NCBI GenBank assembly: GCA_030745835.1
Contig: JASLNU010000016.1
Location: 40,945 to 104,944 of the forward strand
Length of the DNA stretch: 64,000 nt
Reading direction: 5' to 3'
Source: Rhodospirillales bacterium
GTDB lineage: Bacteria > Pseudomonadota > Alphaproteobacteria > Rhodospirillales > UBA2165
Position 1 is the stretch's first letter. Every line of letters starts with the position of its first letter. Position numbers and translations under genes: made by a program. The notes beneath the pieces were generated by a model. That model was not told the DNA's origin. It saw nothing but the letters and a program-made list of their open reading frames with translations, and searched no databases. This document shows positions 1 through 9,602 of the stretch, one piece after another.

Positions 1-192
1 ACCGAAACGCCGGACGGCAAGGCGGTGCGCATGCAGCCGCCGGCGGTGGATGTGGAGGGTCAATCGGGAGACATGCCGTTTCCCGCCAAATACGGCGCCG
101 ACACGGATGAGGTGCTGACCGAAGCCGGATACGGGGCGGAGGAATTGAACGCCTTGCGCGCCGGCGGCATCATTCCAGATGCACCGAAATGA
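1..192 (+). CDS. 3' end of a family III (CaiB/BaiF-type) CoA-transferase, 5'-truncated by the window edge
   Basis: Frame 1 is open from base 1 to TGA at 190-192. The tail reads ...[34 protein letters not shown], which resembles C-termini of CaiB/BaiF transferases. Its stop overlaps the next start (ATGA at 189-192). It is absent from the ORF track because there is no in-window start. Confidence 0.45.
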   Translation, partial: TETPDGKAVRMQPPAVDVEGQSGDMPFPAKYGADTDEVLTEAGYGAEELNALRAGGIIPDAPK

Positions 193-1754
193 GCGCCGCG
201 GAAGACTATCCGGAACTTCCCAAAGTTTATGACACCGTTGTCCACATGCTGGCCGAGGCGGTTTCGCGCGCTGGCGACGCACCGGCTCTTGAATGCCAAG
301 GCAACAGCCTGAACTACACCGAATATGCCCGCTGCGTTGGCGGTTTCGCCGCCGAATTGATGAACATGGGCGCACGAGGCGGGCGCGTCGCGCTGATCTG
401 CGGCAATTCCATCCACATGGCCATCGCCACCTTCGCCGGGCACGCGGCGGGGGCGCAGGTGGTGCCTGTCAATCCGATCTATACCGGCCGCGAGCTTGGC
501 ATCGTCCTTGCCGACGCGGACGCAAAAGCCGTGGTTTACGACGCGGCGGCGGCATTGGTCGAACCCATCGCCGCCGAGCTTGGTATCGTCCACCGCATCA
601 TGGTCGGTGATGGCGGCCAGGGAGACGGGCGTTCATTGGACGCCTGGCGCGACGATGCCTCGGCGCGGCTGCCGAACGAACTGCCGACGCCGGAGAGTCT
701 CGCCACCCTGCAATATACCGGCGGCACCACCGGGCTGCCAAAAGGCGTCAACATCACCCACCGCCAGCTTGCCGTGAATATCAGCCAGCGCGAAGCCGCC
801 TGGCCGACCCGCCCGGGTGACGAACGCATCCTTTGCGTGATGCCCCTGTTCCACGTTTTCGCCAGCTCGGTCTGCCTGCATCCCGCCGTCTATTGCCGGG
901 GAACGATGGTTATCCTGCCGCGCTTTCATCCCGGGATGGTGCTGGACGCCATCGAAAGTTCGCGCATCACCCGCCTGCCGGCGGGGCCCACCATTTTGCA
1001 CGGGCTGATGGGGTTCGACGGCTTCGAAGACCGTGATTTTTCATCCCTGCGCTCGGTTTATTCCGGCTCGGCGCCGCTGCCGGAAGAAACCTTGCACAAA
1101 TGGCAGGCGATCACCGGTTGCCCGGTGCTCGAAGGTTTCGGCCAGTCGGAGGGCGGACCGGTGCTCACCGTCAATTGGGAAGGCGCCGGGATCGTCCCCG
1201 GTTCGGTCGGCAAGCCGCTGCCCGCAACCCGGATCGAAATCGTCGATGTGGAAACGGGCAATAAAGTTTTGCCCGCCGGCGAACAGGGCGAGGTGCGGGC
1301 AAAGGGGCCGCAGGTCATGTCCGGATACCGGGGTCGGCCGCAAGAGACGGCGGAAACCTTGCGCGGTGACTGGCTCTACACCGGCGATATCGGCGAGCTC
1401 GATCAAGACGGCAACCTCTATATCCGCGATAGAAAGAAGGACATGGCCATCGTCGGCGGTTACAACGTCTATCCGAGGGAGATCGACGAGGTGCTCTATA
1501 CCCATCCCGATGTGGCCGAGGCGGCGGCGGTGGGCGTCAATGACGCCTACCGAGGGGAGGTGATCGTCGCCCATGTGGTGCTGGCGGCTGGTAGCCGTGC
1601 AAACGCCGAAGAACTGATCGAACATTGCGGGCGCAACCTTGCCAAATACAAGGTGCCGGGGCGCATCAATATCGTCAATGAAATCCCGAAAACCACGGTC
1701 GGCAAGATCGACAAGGCCGCCTTACGCGAAATATCAGCGGCGGAAGGTGGCTAA
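189..1754 (+). CDS. AMP-dependent acyl-CoA synthetase/ligase (ANL superfamily)
   Basis: 521-aa ORF with the ANL motifs '[12 protein letters not shown]', '[21 protein letters not shown]', '[22 protein letters not shown]' and C-terminal '[10 protein letters not shown]'. Confidence 0.9.
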   Translation: MSAAEDYPELPKVYDTVVHMLAEAVSRAGDAPALECQGNSLNYTEYARCVGGFAAELMNMGARGGRVALICGNSIHMAIATFAGHAAGAQVVPVNPIYTGRELGIVLADADAKAVVYDAAAALVEPIAAELGIVHRIMVGDGGQGDGRSLDAWRDDASARLPNELPTPESLATLQYTGGTTGLPKGVNITHRQLAVNISQREAAWPTRPGDERILCVMPLFHVFASSVCLHPAVYCRGTMVILPRFHPGMVLDAIESSRITRLPAGPTILHGLMGFDGFEDRDFSSLRSVYSGSAPLPEETLHKWQAITGCPVLEGFGQSEGGPVLTVNWEGAGIVPGSVGKPLPATRIEIVDVETGNKVLPAGEQGEVRAKGPQVMSGYRGRPQETAETLRGDWLYTGDIGELDQDGNLYIRDRKKDMAIVGGYNVYPREIDEVLYTHPDVAEAAAVGVNDAYRGEVIVAHVVLAAGSRANAEELIEHCGRNLAKYKVPGRINIVNEIPKTTVGKIDKAALREISAAEGG

Positions 1755-1799
1755 TTCGGTGACAGTTTACTTTTTAAAAAGTAAACTGTCACCGAATTA
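1752..1799. terminator. Perfect 48-bp palindrome (24-bp arms, no loop), likely a bidirectional terminator or hairpin
   Basis: 'taattcggtgacagtttacttttt' at 1752-1775 is exactly reverse-complementary to 1776-1799. It overlaps the ligase stop codon (TAA 1752-1754), so its left arm begins on that stop, and it has an A/T-rich centre. Confidence 0.5.
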
Positions 1800-1810
1800 A
1801 ACTCCCATCA

Positions 1811-1871
1811 GACCGTCGTCCACATGCTGGCCGAGGCGGCTTCGCGCGCCGAGCCGCTGAACTGATTCACC
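1811..1871 (+). pseudogene. Relic fragment resembling the 5' end of the adjacent acyl-CoA ligase gene
   Basis: 1811-1850 'gaccgtcgtccacatgctggccgaggcggcttcgcgcgcc' matches 231-272 of the ligase gene ('gacaccgttgtccacatgctggccgaggcggtttcgcgcgct') with a few mismatches. The following 'gagccgctgaactgattcacc' resembles 'cagcctgaactacacc' at 305-320. There is no intact ORF. Confidence 0.4.
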
Positions 1872-2035
1872 ACCACATCCCCCACCGGTCCCGACCCTCA
1901 CCTTCCCAAATGGGATATGGAGGGAGCGGTATGAAGATATAACTGGCACGGCCGGACCCCTTCCCCCCTCCTAACCGGAAACCGGCGGGCGCCGTCACGA
2001 TGGGTGTTTATTTGTGCAGGTTGGTACAAGCCGCT

Positions 2036-3883
2036 TCAGTCGATGACAATCACCTCGCCGTCCGGAACCTCCGCGTAAAGCCGCTCGACCAGGTCGGCGC
2101 GCCGTTCCAATGTGGCGCGCTGGTTGACATAGCCCTTGTCGGTTATTTCGTTGGCGTCGATCCCGGGCGGCTCGGCCATCAGCATGATGCGCCGCACAGC
2201 GCGGCTCGATCCGCCGCCGGAAGCCTGGTTGTGGGCGGCGACCTTCTCTTGGATATGGGCGGTGATTTTTTCATCGGCCATCAGCGCGCCGATATCGGCG
2301 TCATCACCGGCACCGGCGATGGTGCGCAGGCCGGCGGCGTTGGGCCAGGCGAGGGCGGCGATATAATCGCGGTCGTGGCCCGAGATGACGGCATCCTGGA
2401 TCACCGGCGCGGCGGCGGCGATCAGGTCCGGGCGCAGGACGCCGGGATGCACCCAGGTGCCGCTGGCCAGCTTGAAATCCTCGGCGACGCGGCCGTCGAA
2501 CAGCATGCCCTTGGCCGCATCGCCGGCATCCTCGAGGCGCATGGCGTCGCCGAAGCGGAAAAAACCGTCTTCGTCGAAGGCAGCAATGGTAAGGTCGGGC
2601 CGGCCCAGATAGCCGGGCGTGATGTTGGGCCCGCGGCCCCGGATTTCCAGTTTGCTTTCGACCGGCGCCAGCTTGACCTCGGCGCCCGGCGTCACGTTGC
2701 CCACATTGCCGGCCCGGTCGACGATCCAATGGGCGGCGGTCATCAGCGGCGCCGATTCGGTGGAACCAAATGCCGAGGCCATGACAATACGCTCGCCGGT
2801 GGTCTCGATCGCCAGGCTTTCCAGGCGCTGCCAGAGATCGGCCGACAGCGCCGCGGCGGCATAGAAAATCAAGCCGATGCGGCTGAAGAAATTTTCCCGC
2901 AAATCCTTGTCCCGTTCCAGGAACGGCAACAGCATGCCGTAGCCCGCCGGCACGTTGTAATAGGCGGTCGGCGCGATGTCCTTCAGATTGGCCGCCGTCT
3001 TTTCGATCAGGCCGGGGGCCGGCTTGCCCTCGTCGATATACATCGAGCCGCCGGTCTTGAGCGCCAGATTGAGGACGTAGTTGCCGCCGAAGGTATGGTT
3101 CCAGGGAAGCCAGTCAACCATCACCGGCGGCACCTCCATGTAATAGGGAATCTGCTGAACGCTCATCTGCTGGTTGGAACACAGCATCGCCTGCGTATTG
3201 ATGACGCCCTTCGGCGTGCCGGTGGAGCCCGAGGTAAAGAGGTATTTGGCCACATGATCGCCGGTCACCGCCTGGAACGCGGCTTCAACACCCTGACCGG
3301 GCGTTGCCTTCGGGAGATCGGAAAAATCGGTGGCTTTTGCGTCCGCCGGCGGATCGCCCGAGACCACCAGTTCGGCATCTCCGAAAGGCACGGCGCCGAG
3401 AACCTTTTCAAAGGCGGCGCCGCTGGCGGCATAGACCAGGCCGGGCTCGACCAGTTCCCGGATCAGCTTGACCTTGGCGAAGTCGGCGCTCATCAGCGAA
3501 TAGGCCGGCGAAACCGGCGCCACTGGGATGCCCACCTGCATGGCGCCGAAGGAGAGCAGCCCGTGATCGATGCCGTTGCCGGAGAGCAGCATCACCGGCT
3601 TTTCCGGGCCCAGGCCGCGGTCCAAGAGGGACGCCGAAATGGCGTCGCACATTTGCCTTGCCTCGGCATAGGTGACGGTCCGCCAGCCGCCGCCCGGTTC
3701 GCGCTCCGCCAGGAATATCGTGTCCGGGCGGGCCTCGGCCCAACCCCGCATCAACTCGCCCAGTTGAGTCTCAAATGGCCCTAACGGGTCGGTCGATTTG
3801 AGGATGACGCCACCGTCCGCCAAGGGCGTGCTTTCGATCGATGGCGTCGCCAGCGAGATTTTGCGAATCGGCGTCGGTGCCAT
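2036..3883 (-). CDS. Feruloyl-CoA-synthetase-like AMP-binding acyl-CoA synthetase
   Basis: ORF 2036..3910. I prefer the ATG at 3883 (MAPTPIRK...) because GGAGG lies about 7 nt upstream. Motifs 'FTSGSTGTPKGV' and 'FRFGDAMRLED', with the long C-terminal region typical of Fcs-type ligases. Confidence 0.8.
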   Translation of the reverse strand: MAPTPIRKISLATPSIESTPLADGGVILKSTDPLGPFETQLGELMRGWAEARPDTIFLAEREPGGGWRTVTYAEARQMCDAISASLLDRGLGPEKPVMLLSGNGIDHGLLSFGAMQVGIPVAPVSPAYSLMSADFAKVKLIRELVEPGLVYAASGAAFEKVLGAVPFGDAELVVSGDPPADAKATDFSDLPKATPGQGVEAAFQAVTGDHVAKYLFTSGSTGTPKGVINTQAMLCSNQQMSVQQIPYYMEVPPVMVDWLPWNHTFGGNYVLNLALKTGGSMYIDEGKPAPGLIEKTAANLKDIAPTAYYNVPAGYGMLLPFLERDKDLRENFFSRIGLIFYAAAALSADLWQRLESLAIETTGERIVMASAFGSTESAPLMTAAHWIVDRAGNVGNVTPGAEVKLAPVESKLEIRGRGPNITPGYLGRPDLTIAAFDEDGFFRFGDAMRLEDAGDAAKGMLFDGRVAEDFKLASGTWVHPGVLRPDLIAAAAPVIQDAVISGHDRDYIAALAWPNAAGLRTIAGAGDDADIGALMADEKITAHIQEKVAAHNQASGGGSSRAVRRIMLMAEPPGIDANEITDKGYVNQRATLERRADLVERLYAEVPDGEVIVID

Positions 3884-3917
3884 GATTAGCCTCCCCGTGA
3901 TACAGGCCACTAGGTGG

Positions 3918-4784
3918 TTATACCATCTCCGCCATCATCGGGCCGAACAATTCGCCGTCCTTTTGGAAAATCCGGTCGAGCACGGTGAAATGATTGGCGC
4001 CGGCAATGGACACCATCCCGGCCTTCAATCCGGCGCTACGGCAATGGGCCACATAGGCGGCTGATTGTTCGTGAAATCCCTCCGGCTCGTCGTCGCCGAC
4101 GATGGCCAGCACCGGGGCCGGAACCGTCGGCGGTTCATCCAGCAGCCCGTTGCGCTGCGCCATCTCGAGATCAAGGCGCACATCATCGTTGATCGAGGTG
4201 TGCATGATCGCTTCCGGCTCGAAGATGCCGCTGATCGGCAGCGCACCCTTGAAGATATCCTTTGGCAGGCCGGCCGCCGGCCAGTCCTGGCGCATCATCA
4301 TCGCCGTCAAATGGCCGCCCGCCGAATGGCCGGAGATGTAAAGCCGGTCCCCGTCGATGCCGAGGGCGCCGGCATTTGAATATATGTAAATCACCGCCCT
4401 TCGGATTTGTTCGACAATGGTATCGAGGGTCACTTCGGGGCAAAGATCGTAGTTCAGCGAAATATGGGTGACGCCGCCGGCGGTGACATCGCTCGCCAGA
4501 TGACTGTGGTCGCTCTTGTCCATCATGCGCCAATAGCCGCCGTGAATGAAAATCTGCGCCGGCGGCGTTGATCCACCGGTATCATCCGTGGCGGCAAAGA
4601 TATCGAATGTTTCCTTGGGCGCCGGACCGTATCGGACATCGTATGTTCCGTTCAGGCCTGGCCGTGCCCGCGCCGCCCGCTCCGGCAATTCGGTCAACAA
4701 TTCCATGGCGTTCGAGACCGTCAGGCGCGGATTAAAATGGTGCTCAATGGTTTCGTCGTCTTCGCGGCGCCAATCGAAGTTCAT
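3918..4784 (-). CDS. Alpha/beta hydrolase (esterase/arylformamidase-like)
   Basis: 288 aa with the oxyanion motif 'HGGYW' and the nucleophile elbow 'GHSAGG'. Confidence 0.8.
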   Translation of the reverse strand: MNFDWRREDDETIEHHFNPRLTVSNAMELLTELPERAARARPGLNGTYDVRYGPAPKETFDIFAATDDTGGSTPPAQIFIHGGYWRMMDKSDHSHLASDVTAGGVTHISLNYDLCPEVTLDTIVEQIRRAVIYIYSNAGALGIDGDRLYISGHSAGGHLTAMMMRQDWPAAGLPKDIFKGALPISGIFEPEAIMHTSINDDVRLDLEMAQRNGLLDEPPTVPAPVLAIVGDDEPEGFHEQSAAYVAHCRSAGLKAGMVSIAGANHFTVLDRIFQKDGELFGPMMAEMV

Positions 4785-4859
4785 ATGCCTTGCTCCCTGG
4801 TCAGCGGCCTGTGTATTCCGGATTGCACGAGCAGTAATGCCGCGACTGCCGAGTGGGAC

Positions 4860-5570
4860 CTAAACACCAAGGTAACGGTGCTGGATTTCTTGGTTGGCGC
4901 GCAAATCGGCGGACGATCCGGTCCAGACGACGCAGCCCTTTTCGATAATGTAATGCCGGTCGGCGATGCGCGACAGGATATCCACGTTCTTGTCGATCAC
5001 CAGGATCGATTGGCCTTCCGATTTCAGCATCTCCAGCACCTTCCAGATTTCGGCGCGGATAAGGGGGGCCAGGCCCTCGGTCGCTTCGTCCAGGATCAGA
5101 AGCCCGGGATTGGTCATCAGGGCGCGCGAAATCGCCAGCATCTGCTGTTCGCCGCCGGATAGCTGATTGCCCATGTTCCCCTGGCGCTCACGCAGCTCCG
5201 GAAACAACGCGAAGACGCGTTCCATGGTCCACGGATTTTCGGTTCCCAACCGGTTGCCGGCGGTGGCGACCAGATTCTCGCGCACGCTCAGATTGGGGAA
5301 TATCTGCCTTCCCTCGGGAACCAGGCCGAGGCCCAGTTTGGCGATCTTGAAGGATGGCAAATCGCGGATGTTTTCCCCTTGGTAATCGATGCTCCCGGCG
5401 TGGGCGCGCACCAGACCCATGACGGTGCGGATGGTGGTGGTTTTGCCCATGCCGTTGCGGCCGAGGAGGGTGACCATTTCGCCTTCGGCGACATCCAGCG
5501 ACATGCCGAACAGCACCTGCGAAGCGCCGTAAGAGCTTTCGATGCCCTCGAGCCTCAAGAGGTCGGCCAT
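4860..5570 (-). CDS. livF: Branched-chain amino acid-type ABC transporter ATP-binding protein (LivF-like)
   Basis: Walker A 'GRNGMGKTT', signature 'LSGGEQQML' and Walker B 'LLILDE'. The ATG at 5570 overlaps the upstream stop by 1 nt. Confidence 0.85.
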   Translation of the reverse strand: MADLLRLEGIESSYGASQVLFGMSLDVAEGEMVTLLGRNGMGKTTTIRTVMGLVRAHAGSIDYQGENIRDLPSFKIAKLGLGLVPEGRQIFPNLSVRENLVATAGNRLGTENPWTMERVFALFPELRERQGNMGNQLSGGEQQMLAISRALMTNPGLLILDEATEGLAPLIRAEIWKVLEMLKSEGQSILVIDKNVDILSRIADRHYIIEKGCVVWTGSSADLRANQEIQHRYLGV

Positions 5571-6316
5571 CAATCTTCCCCCAGATAGGCGCGGCGCACA
5601 TCCGGGTTGGCGCGGATTTCTTCGGGCGCGCCGCAGGCGATGGCCTGGCCGTAGACCAGTACCGTGATCCTGTCTGCAAGGGCGAACACGGCATCCATGT
5701 CGTGCTCGATCAGAAGCATGGTGTATTTGCTTTTCAAGGAGCGCAGATACTGGGTCATGCGTTCGGTATCGTCGGTGCCCATTCCGGCCATCGGTTCGTC
5801 GAGCAAAAGCAATTTCGGCGAGGTCGCCAGCGCCATTGCAATCTCAAGCTGGCGCTGTTCGCCGTGCGCCAGGTTGCCGGCGAGCACGTCGCCACGGCCG
5901 CCGAGACCGATTTCGGCCAAAAGCTCGCGCGCCGGTTCCTTGAGAGACGGATCGGTCCGGGCCGGCTTCCAAAAATGGAAACTGTGCCCCTGGCGGGCCT
6001 GAATGGCCAGCGCGACATTATCGACGGCCGGAAAATCCAAGAGAATACTGGTGATCTGAAAAGACCGCACAAGCCCCGCGTGACAACGATTGGAAGCGGA
6101 CATATTGGTGATGTCCTGGCCGTCGAAATTAATCTGGCCTGCGTCGGGTTTCATCATCCCCGATATCTGGTTGATCACCGTCGTCTTGCCGGCGCCGTTG
6201 GGACCAATGACGGCGTGGATCTCGCCCTCGGTAACATCCAAATTGAACGCATCGGTGGCGACCAAGCCGCCGAAACGCTTGACCAGGTCGGTGACTTTTA
6301 AAATCGGCTCACTCAT
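5570..6316 (-). CDS. livG: Branched-chain amino acid-type ABC transporter ATP-binding protein (LivG-like)
   Basis: Walker A 'GPNGAGKTT', 'LAHGEQRQLEIA' and 'LLLLDEP'. I prefer the internal ATG at 6316 (MSEPILKV...), which overlaps the end of livM. Confidence 0.85.
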   Translation of the reverse strand: MSEPILKVTDLVKRFGGLVATDAFNLDVTEGEIHAVIGPNGAGKTTVINQISGMMKPDAGQINFDGQDITNMSASNRCHAGLVRSFQITSILLDFPAVDNVALAIQARQGHSFHFWKPARTDPSLKEPARELLAEIGLGGRGDVLAGNLAHGEQRQLEIAMALATSPKLLLLDEPMAGMGTDDTERMTQYLRSLKSKYTMLLIEHDMDAVFALADRITVLVYGQAIACGAPEEIRANPDVRRAYLGED

Positions 6317-7268
6317 GGCTTCGCTCGAATTTCTTGAAGACGCCCTCAAGTCCGCCGCTCGCGAACAAGATCACGATGATCAGGAAGGGACCGAAAATCA
6401 GGTGCCAGGCCTCGGTGATATTGGACAGGATTTCCGCCAATATCCAATATAAGAGGGAACCGCCGATCGGTCCGAACAGGGTTCCCATGCCGCCCAGGAC
6501 GACCATGAAAATAAGCTCGCCCGAACGCGGCCAATATATCATGTCGGGGCTGACGAAGTCCTCGAAGTTGGCCGACAGAATTCCCGACAGGCCGCACATG
6601 ACCCCGGCGATGACAAAGGCCGTCAGCTTGTAGCCGTAGGTCGGATAACCGATGGAACGCATGCGCGGATCGTTGGATTTCGAGCCGCGCAGGACCATGC
6701 CAAAGCGCGAGTTGACGATCCGGTGGACCAGATAAAGACATCCCATCATCACCGCGAAGATGAAGTAATAGAAGGTCATCGCGTCCGATAGGTCGAAGAA
6801 AGGAATGCCGAAATCGCTGCGCGCGTCGATCGGCAAGCCATCGTCGCTGCCGTAGAATTCGACGCTCAATGCCAGGAAATAGATCATCTGGGCGAAAGCC
6901 AGGGTGATCATGATGAAATAGACGCCGCGCGTCCGGAGGCAGATAATGCCGAATATCAAGGCAAAAAGGGCGCTTGCCAGCAGACCCACTGGCCACTGGA
7001 TGTAGGCGCTTTCGATGCCGTGGAAAGCCAAAATTCCGACCGTATAGCCGCCGATGCCGAAATAGACGGCATGACCAAAGCTGATCATGCCGCCATACCC
7101 CATGATCAAATTGAGGCTGATCGCGGCGATCGCCCAGATCATCGTGCGCGCGAAAACATCGATAAAGAAATCCTGTCCGATAAGCGGCGCGACGATCGGC
7201 ATCGCCGCGCAGATCAAAACGACGGCGGTGTTGTAGAGTCCGCGGGCGGTCTTAATATAATTCAGCAT
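6309..7268 (-). CDS. livM: Liv-type ABC permease (LivM-like)
   Basis: 319-aa polytopic membrane protein located in the liv-like operon between LivH-like and LivG-like genes. Confidence 0.8.
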   Translation of the reverse strand: MLNYIKTARGLYNTAVVLICAAMPIVAPLIGQDFFIDVFARTMIWAIAAISLNLIMGYGGMISFGHAVYFGIGGYTVGILAFHGIESAYIQWPVGLLASALFALIFGIICLRTRGVYFIMITLAFAQMIYFLALSVEFYGSDDGLPIDARSDFGIPFFDLSDAMTFYYFIFAVMMGCLYLVHRIVNSRFGMVLRGSKSNDPRMRSIGYPTYGYKLTAFVIAGVMCGLSGILSANFEDFVSPDMIYWPRSGELIFMVVLGGMGTLFGPIGGSLLYWILAEILSNITEAWHLIFGPFLIIVILFASGGLEGVFKKFERSHE

Positions 7269-7279
7269 ATCCGGCCATT

Positions 7280-8203
7280 TTAAGCGCCGCGCGGCGGGAA
7301 CAACCCTTGCGGCCTGATGGCCAAGATGACAGCCATCAGGATGTAGATCAGCATTGAGGAAATCGCCGGCCCGGCCGCCTCGGCGGCATTGGGGGCAAGG
7401 AAGTTGAGCATGGCGACATCGATAAACGAGCGCCCCATGGTGTCGATGACGCCGGTCAGCACCGCCGCCACAAAGGCGCCGCGGATCGAGCCGATGCCGC
7501 CGATGACGATAACTACGAAGGCCAGGATCAATACATCCTCGCCCATGCCGCTCTGCGCCTGGGTGATCGGGGTCACGATCATGCCGGCCAAACCGGCGAG
7601 CACCGCGCCGAGGCCGAAAACCAGGGTGAACAGCATCGATATGTTTATCCCCAGCGCCCCGACCATTTCCCGGTTCGACGCACCGGCCCGGATCAGCATG
7701 CCGATGCGTGTCTTGGTGACCAGCAGATAAAGCCCCACCGCCACCAGCATTCCCACGGCGATGATCACCAGCCGGTAGTCGGGAACCGTAATGCCGCCGG
7801 GAAAATTCGAAAATCCGGAAAGATATTCGGGCAACGGAAAGGCGACGCCCGCGGGACCGAAAACAATCACGAACAGCTCGTTAAAGAACAGGATCAGGCC
7901 AAAGGTCACCAAAACCTGATCCAGGTGGTCCCGGACGTACAGGGTTTTGAGGACGGTAAATTCCAGAGCCACGCCGGCAAGCATCATTGTCGGCACGGCG
8001 AGCACCATTCCCAAAACGAAGGAATCAGTCCATAGGGCCAGGGTGGCGGCGAAAAAACCGCCAAACATGTAAAACGTGCCATGGGCCAGATTGATCAGGT
8101 CCATGATCCCGAATACCAGGGTCAGCCCCGCCGCCATCAAAAACAATATGATGCCGAGTTGAAAACCGTTGAACAACTGTTCGGCAAGGAGAACGTAATC
8201 CAT
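7280..8203 (-). CDS. livH: Liv-type ABC permease (LivH-like)
   Basis: 307-aa polytopic membrane protein with an N-terminus of 'LLAEQLFNGFQLGIILFLMAAGLTLVFGIM' type. Confidence 0.8.
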   Translation of the reverse strand: MDYVLLAEQLFNGFQLGIILFLMAAGLTLVFGIMDLINLAHGTFYMFGGFFAATLALWTDSFVLGMVLAVPTMMLAGVALEFTVLKTLYVRDHLDQVLVTFGLILFFNELFVIVFGPAGVAFPLPEYLSGFSNFPGGITVPDYRLVIIAVGMLVAVGLYLLVTKTRIGMLIRAGASNREMVGALGINISMLFTLVFGLGAVLAGLAGMIVTPITQAQSGMGEDVLILAFVVIVIGGIGSIRGAFVAAVLTGVIDTMGRSFIDVAMLNFLAPNAAEAAGPAISSMLIYILMAVILAIRPQGLFPPRGA

Positions 8204-8294
8204 GATCCGACGTCTTGAAGAATTCGCCCCATATATCAGAAAGCGGGAACGGCGTACCGTCCCCGCTTTCCCCGTTTTTTAGCGCCAGCCTTGG

Positions 8295-9473
8295 TTAAAG
8301 CTTGCAATCCTTCACATAGGGCGTTTCGTGATTTTTGAACACCGTATCGCGCAACGAAACCATCCATTTGCCGTCCTTGTCGGCGACCACTTCCCTTGAA
8401 TAGAAATTCTGGATCGGGAAATGATTGCGGCCGAATTTGAACTTGCCGCGGAGCGACGCATAGTCGGCTTTCATCATGGCGGCGCGCATGCCGTCGGTAT
8501 CGCCGATATTGCCATTCAAGGCATCGACACCGGACTTGATCAGCAGGATCGTGTCATAGGCCTGGGCCGCATAGTGCGACGGATAGGCGCCGGTCTTCTT
8601 TTTGAAACCGGCGACAAAGCGCTTGTTGGTGGCGTTATCCAGATCGGGCGCCCAGAACATGGTGTTGTAGGTGCCGAGGATATTGTTCAGACCGGCCTTC
8701 TGGAACAACGGCAGGGTCGAGCCGTCCATCGAAAACACTGTGTAAAGGGGGACCGATTTGGCCAGGCCCGATTGCTTGAACTGGGTCAGGAATTTGGGGC
8801 CCGCGCCGCCTGGATAGAAGGTGAAAACGCCGTCCGGTTTGGCCGCCTTGACCTTCGAAAGCTCGGCCGACCAGTCGGCGTGGCTCGGCCACGGGGTCAT
8901 ATCCCTGCCGACAACCGTGCCCTTGAACCTGGCGGTGACGCCGTTCACCATCTGTTTGCCGGCCGCATAGTTGGCCGCCAAGATGTAGAGTTTTTTGACC
9001 CCCTTCTGATTCAGGAGCTCACCCAGGGCGCGGGCGTTTTGGCTGTTTTCCCAGGCCGCGTTGAAGAAATTCTTGTGGCATTTCTTGCCGGCGTAAAGCG
9101 AGTGTCCGGCGTTGGAACTGATAAAAATCTTGCCCGATTTCAGGACCACCGGCGCCGAAGCCGCCAGCACATGGGACCAGATATAGCCGGCGAAAATGTC
9201 GACCTTGTCTTTTTTGAGAAGCTTTTCGGTCTTCTGCTTGCCTTGCTTCGGATTAAAACCATCGTCTTCGAACACGACCGAGGCATTCTGGCCGCCCATC
9301 TTGTTTCCGATATGCTCCATCGCCAGTTCTACGGCGGCTCTTTGCTGTTTGCCGATAATCGAAGCCGGTGTGGTTAGCGTGGTGACAAAACCGATCTTAA
9401 TGTCTTTAGCGTATGCAACGGGCGCCGCCGTGATAGCCATAACCGGCGCGAGCCAAAGTAATTTCTTTAACAT
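8295..9473 (-). CDS. Periplasmic substrate-binding protein of the Liv-type (cluster B) ABC importer
   Basis: I prefer the ATG at 9473 (MLKKLLWLAPVMAITAAPVAYA, a signal peptide) because GGAGGA lies upstream. Leu/Ile/Val-binding-protein-like fold is inferred from context and from 'KIGFVTTLTTPAS'. Confidence 0.75.
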   Translation of the reverse strand: MLKKLLWLAPVMAITAAPVAYAKDIKIGFVTTLTTPASIIGKQQRAAVELAMEHIGNKMGGQNASVVFEDDGFNPKQGKQKTEKLLKKDKVDIFAGYIWSHVLAASAPVVLKSGKIFISSNAGHSLYAGKKCHKNFFNAAWENSQNARALGELLNQKGVKKLYILAANYAAGKQMVNGVTARFKGTVVGRDMTPWPSHADWSAELSKVKAAKPDGVFTFYPGGAGPKFLTQFKQSGLAKSVPLYTVFSMDGSTLPLFQKAGLNNILGTYNTMFWAPDLDNATNKRFVAGFKKKTGAYPSHYAAQAYDTILLIKSGVDALNGNIGDTDGMRAAMMKADYASLRGKFKFGRNHFPIQNFYSREVVADKDGKWMVSLRDTVFKNHETPYVKDCKL

Positions 9474-9602
9474 GGGATCCTCCATCTGGTCATATTTATG
9501 TTACGAAACGAATTTTTAGCCACTCATTGGCGCGCATTGTAGGGTGGATCGAAGGATATTCCAAGGCATGATGGACCGGATTCAGATAAATAATACATGC
9601 CA

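Noticed and set aside
2000-3784. 594-aa plus-strand ORF
   Set aside because: It is antisense to the Fcs-like ligase, which has clear ANL motifs. The ORF has low complexity and no recognisable domain.
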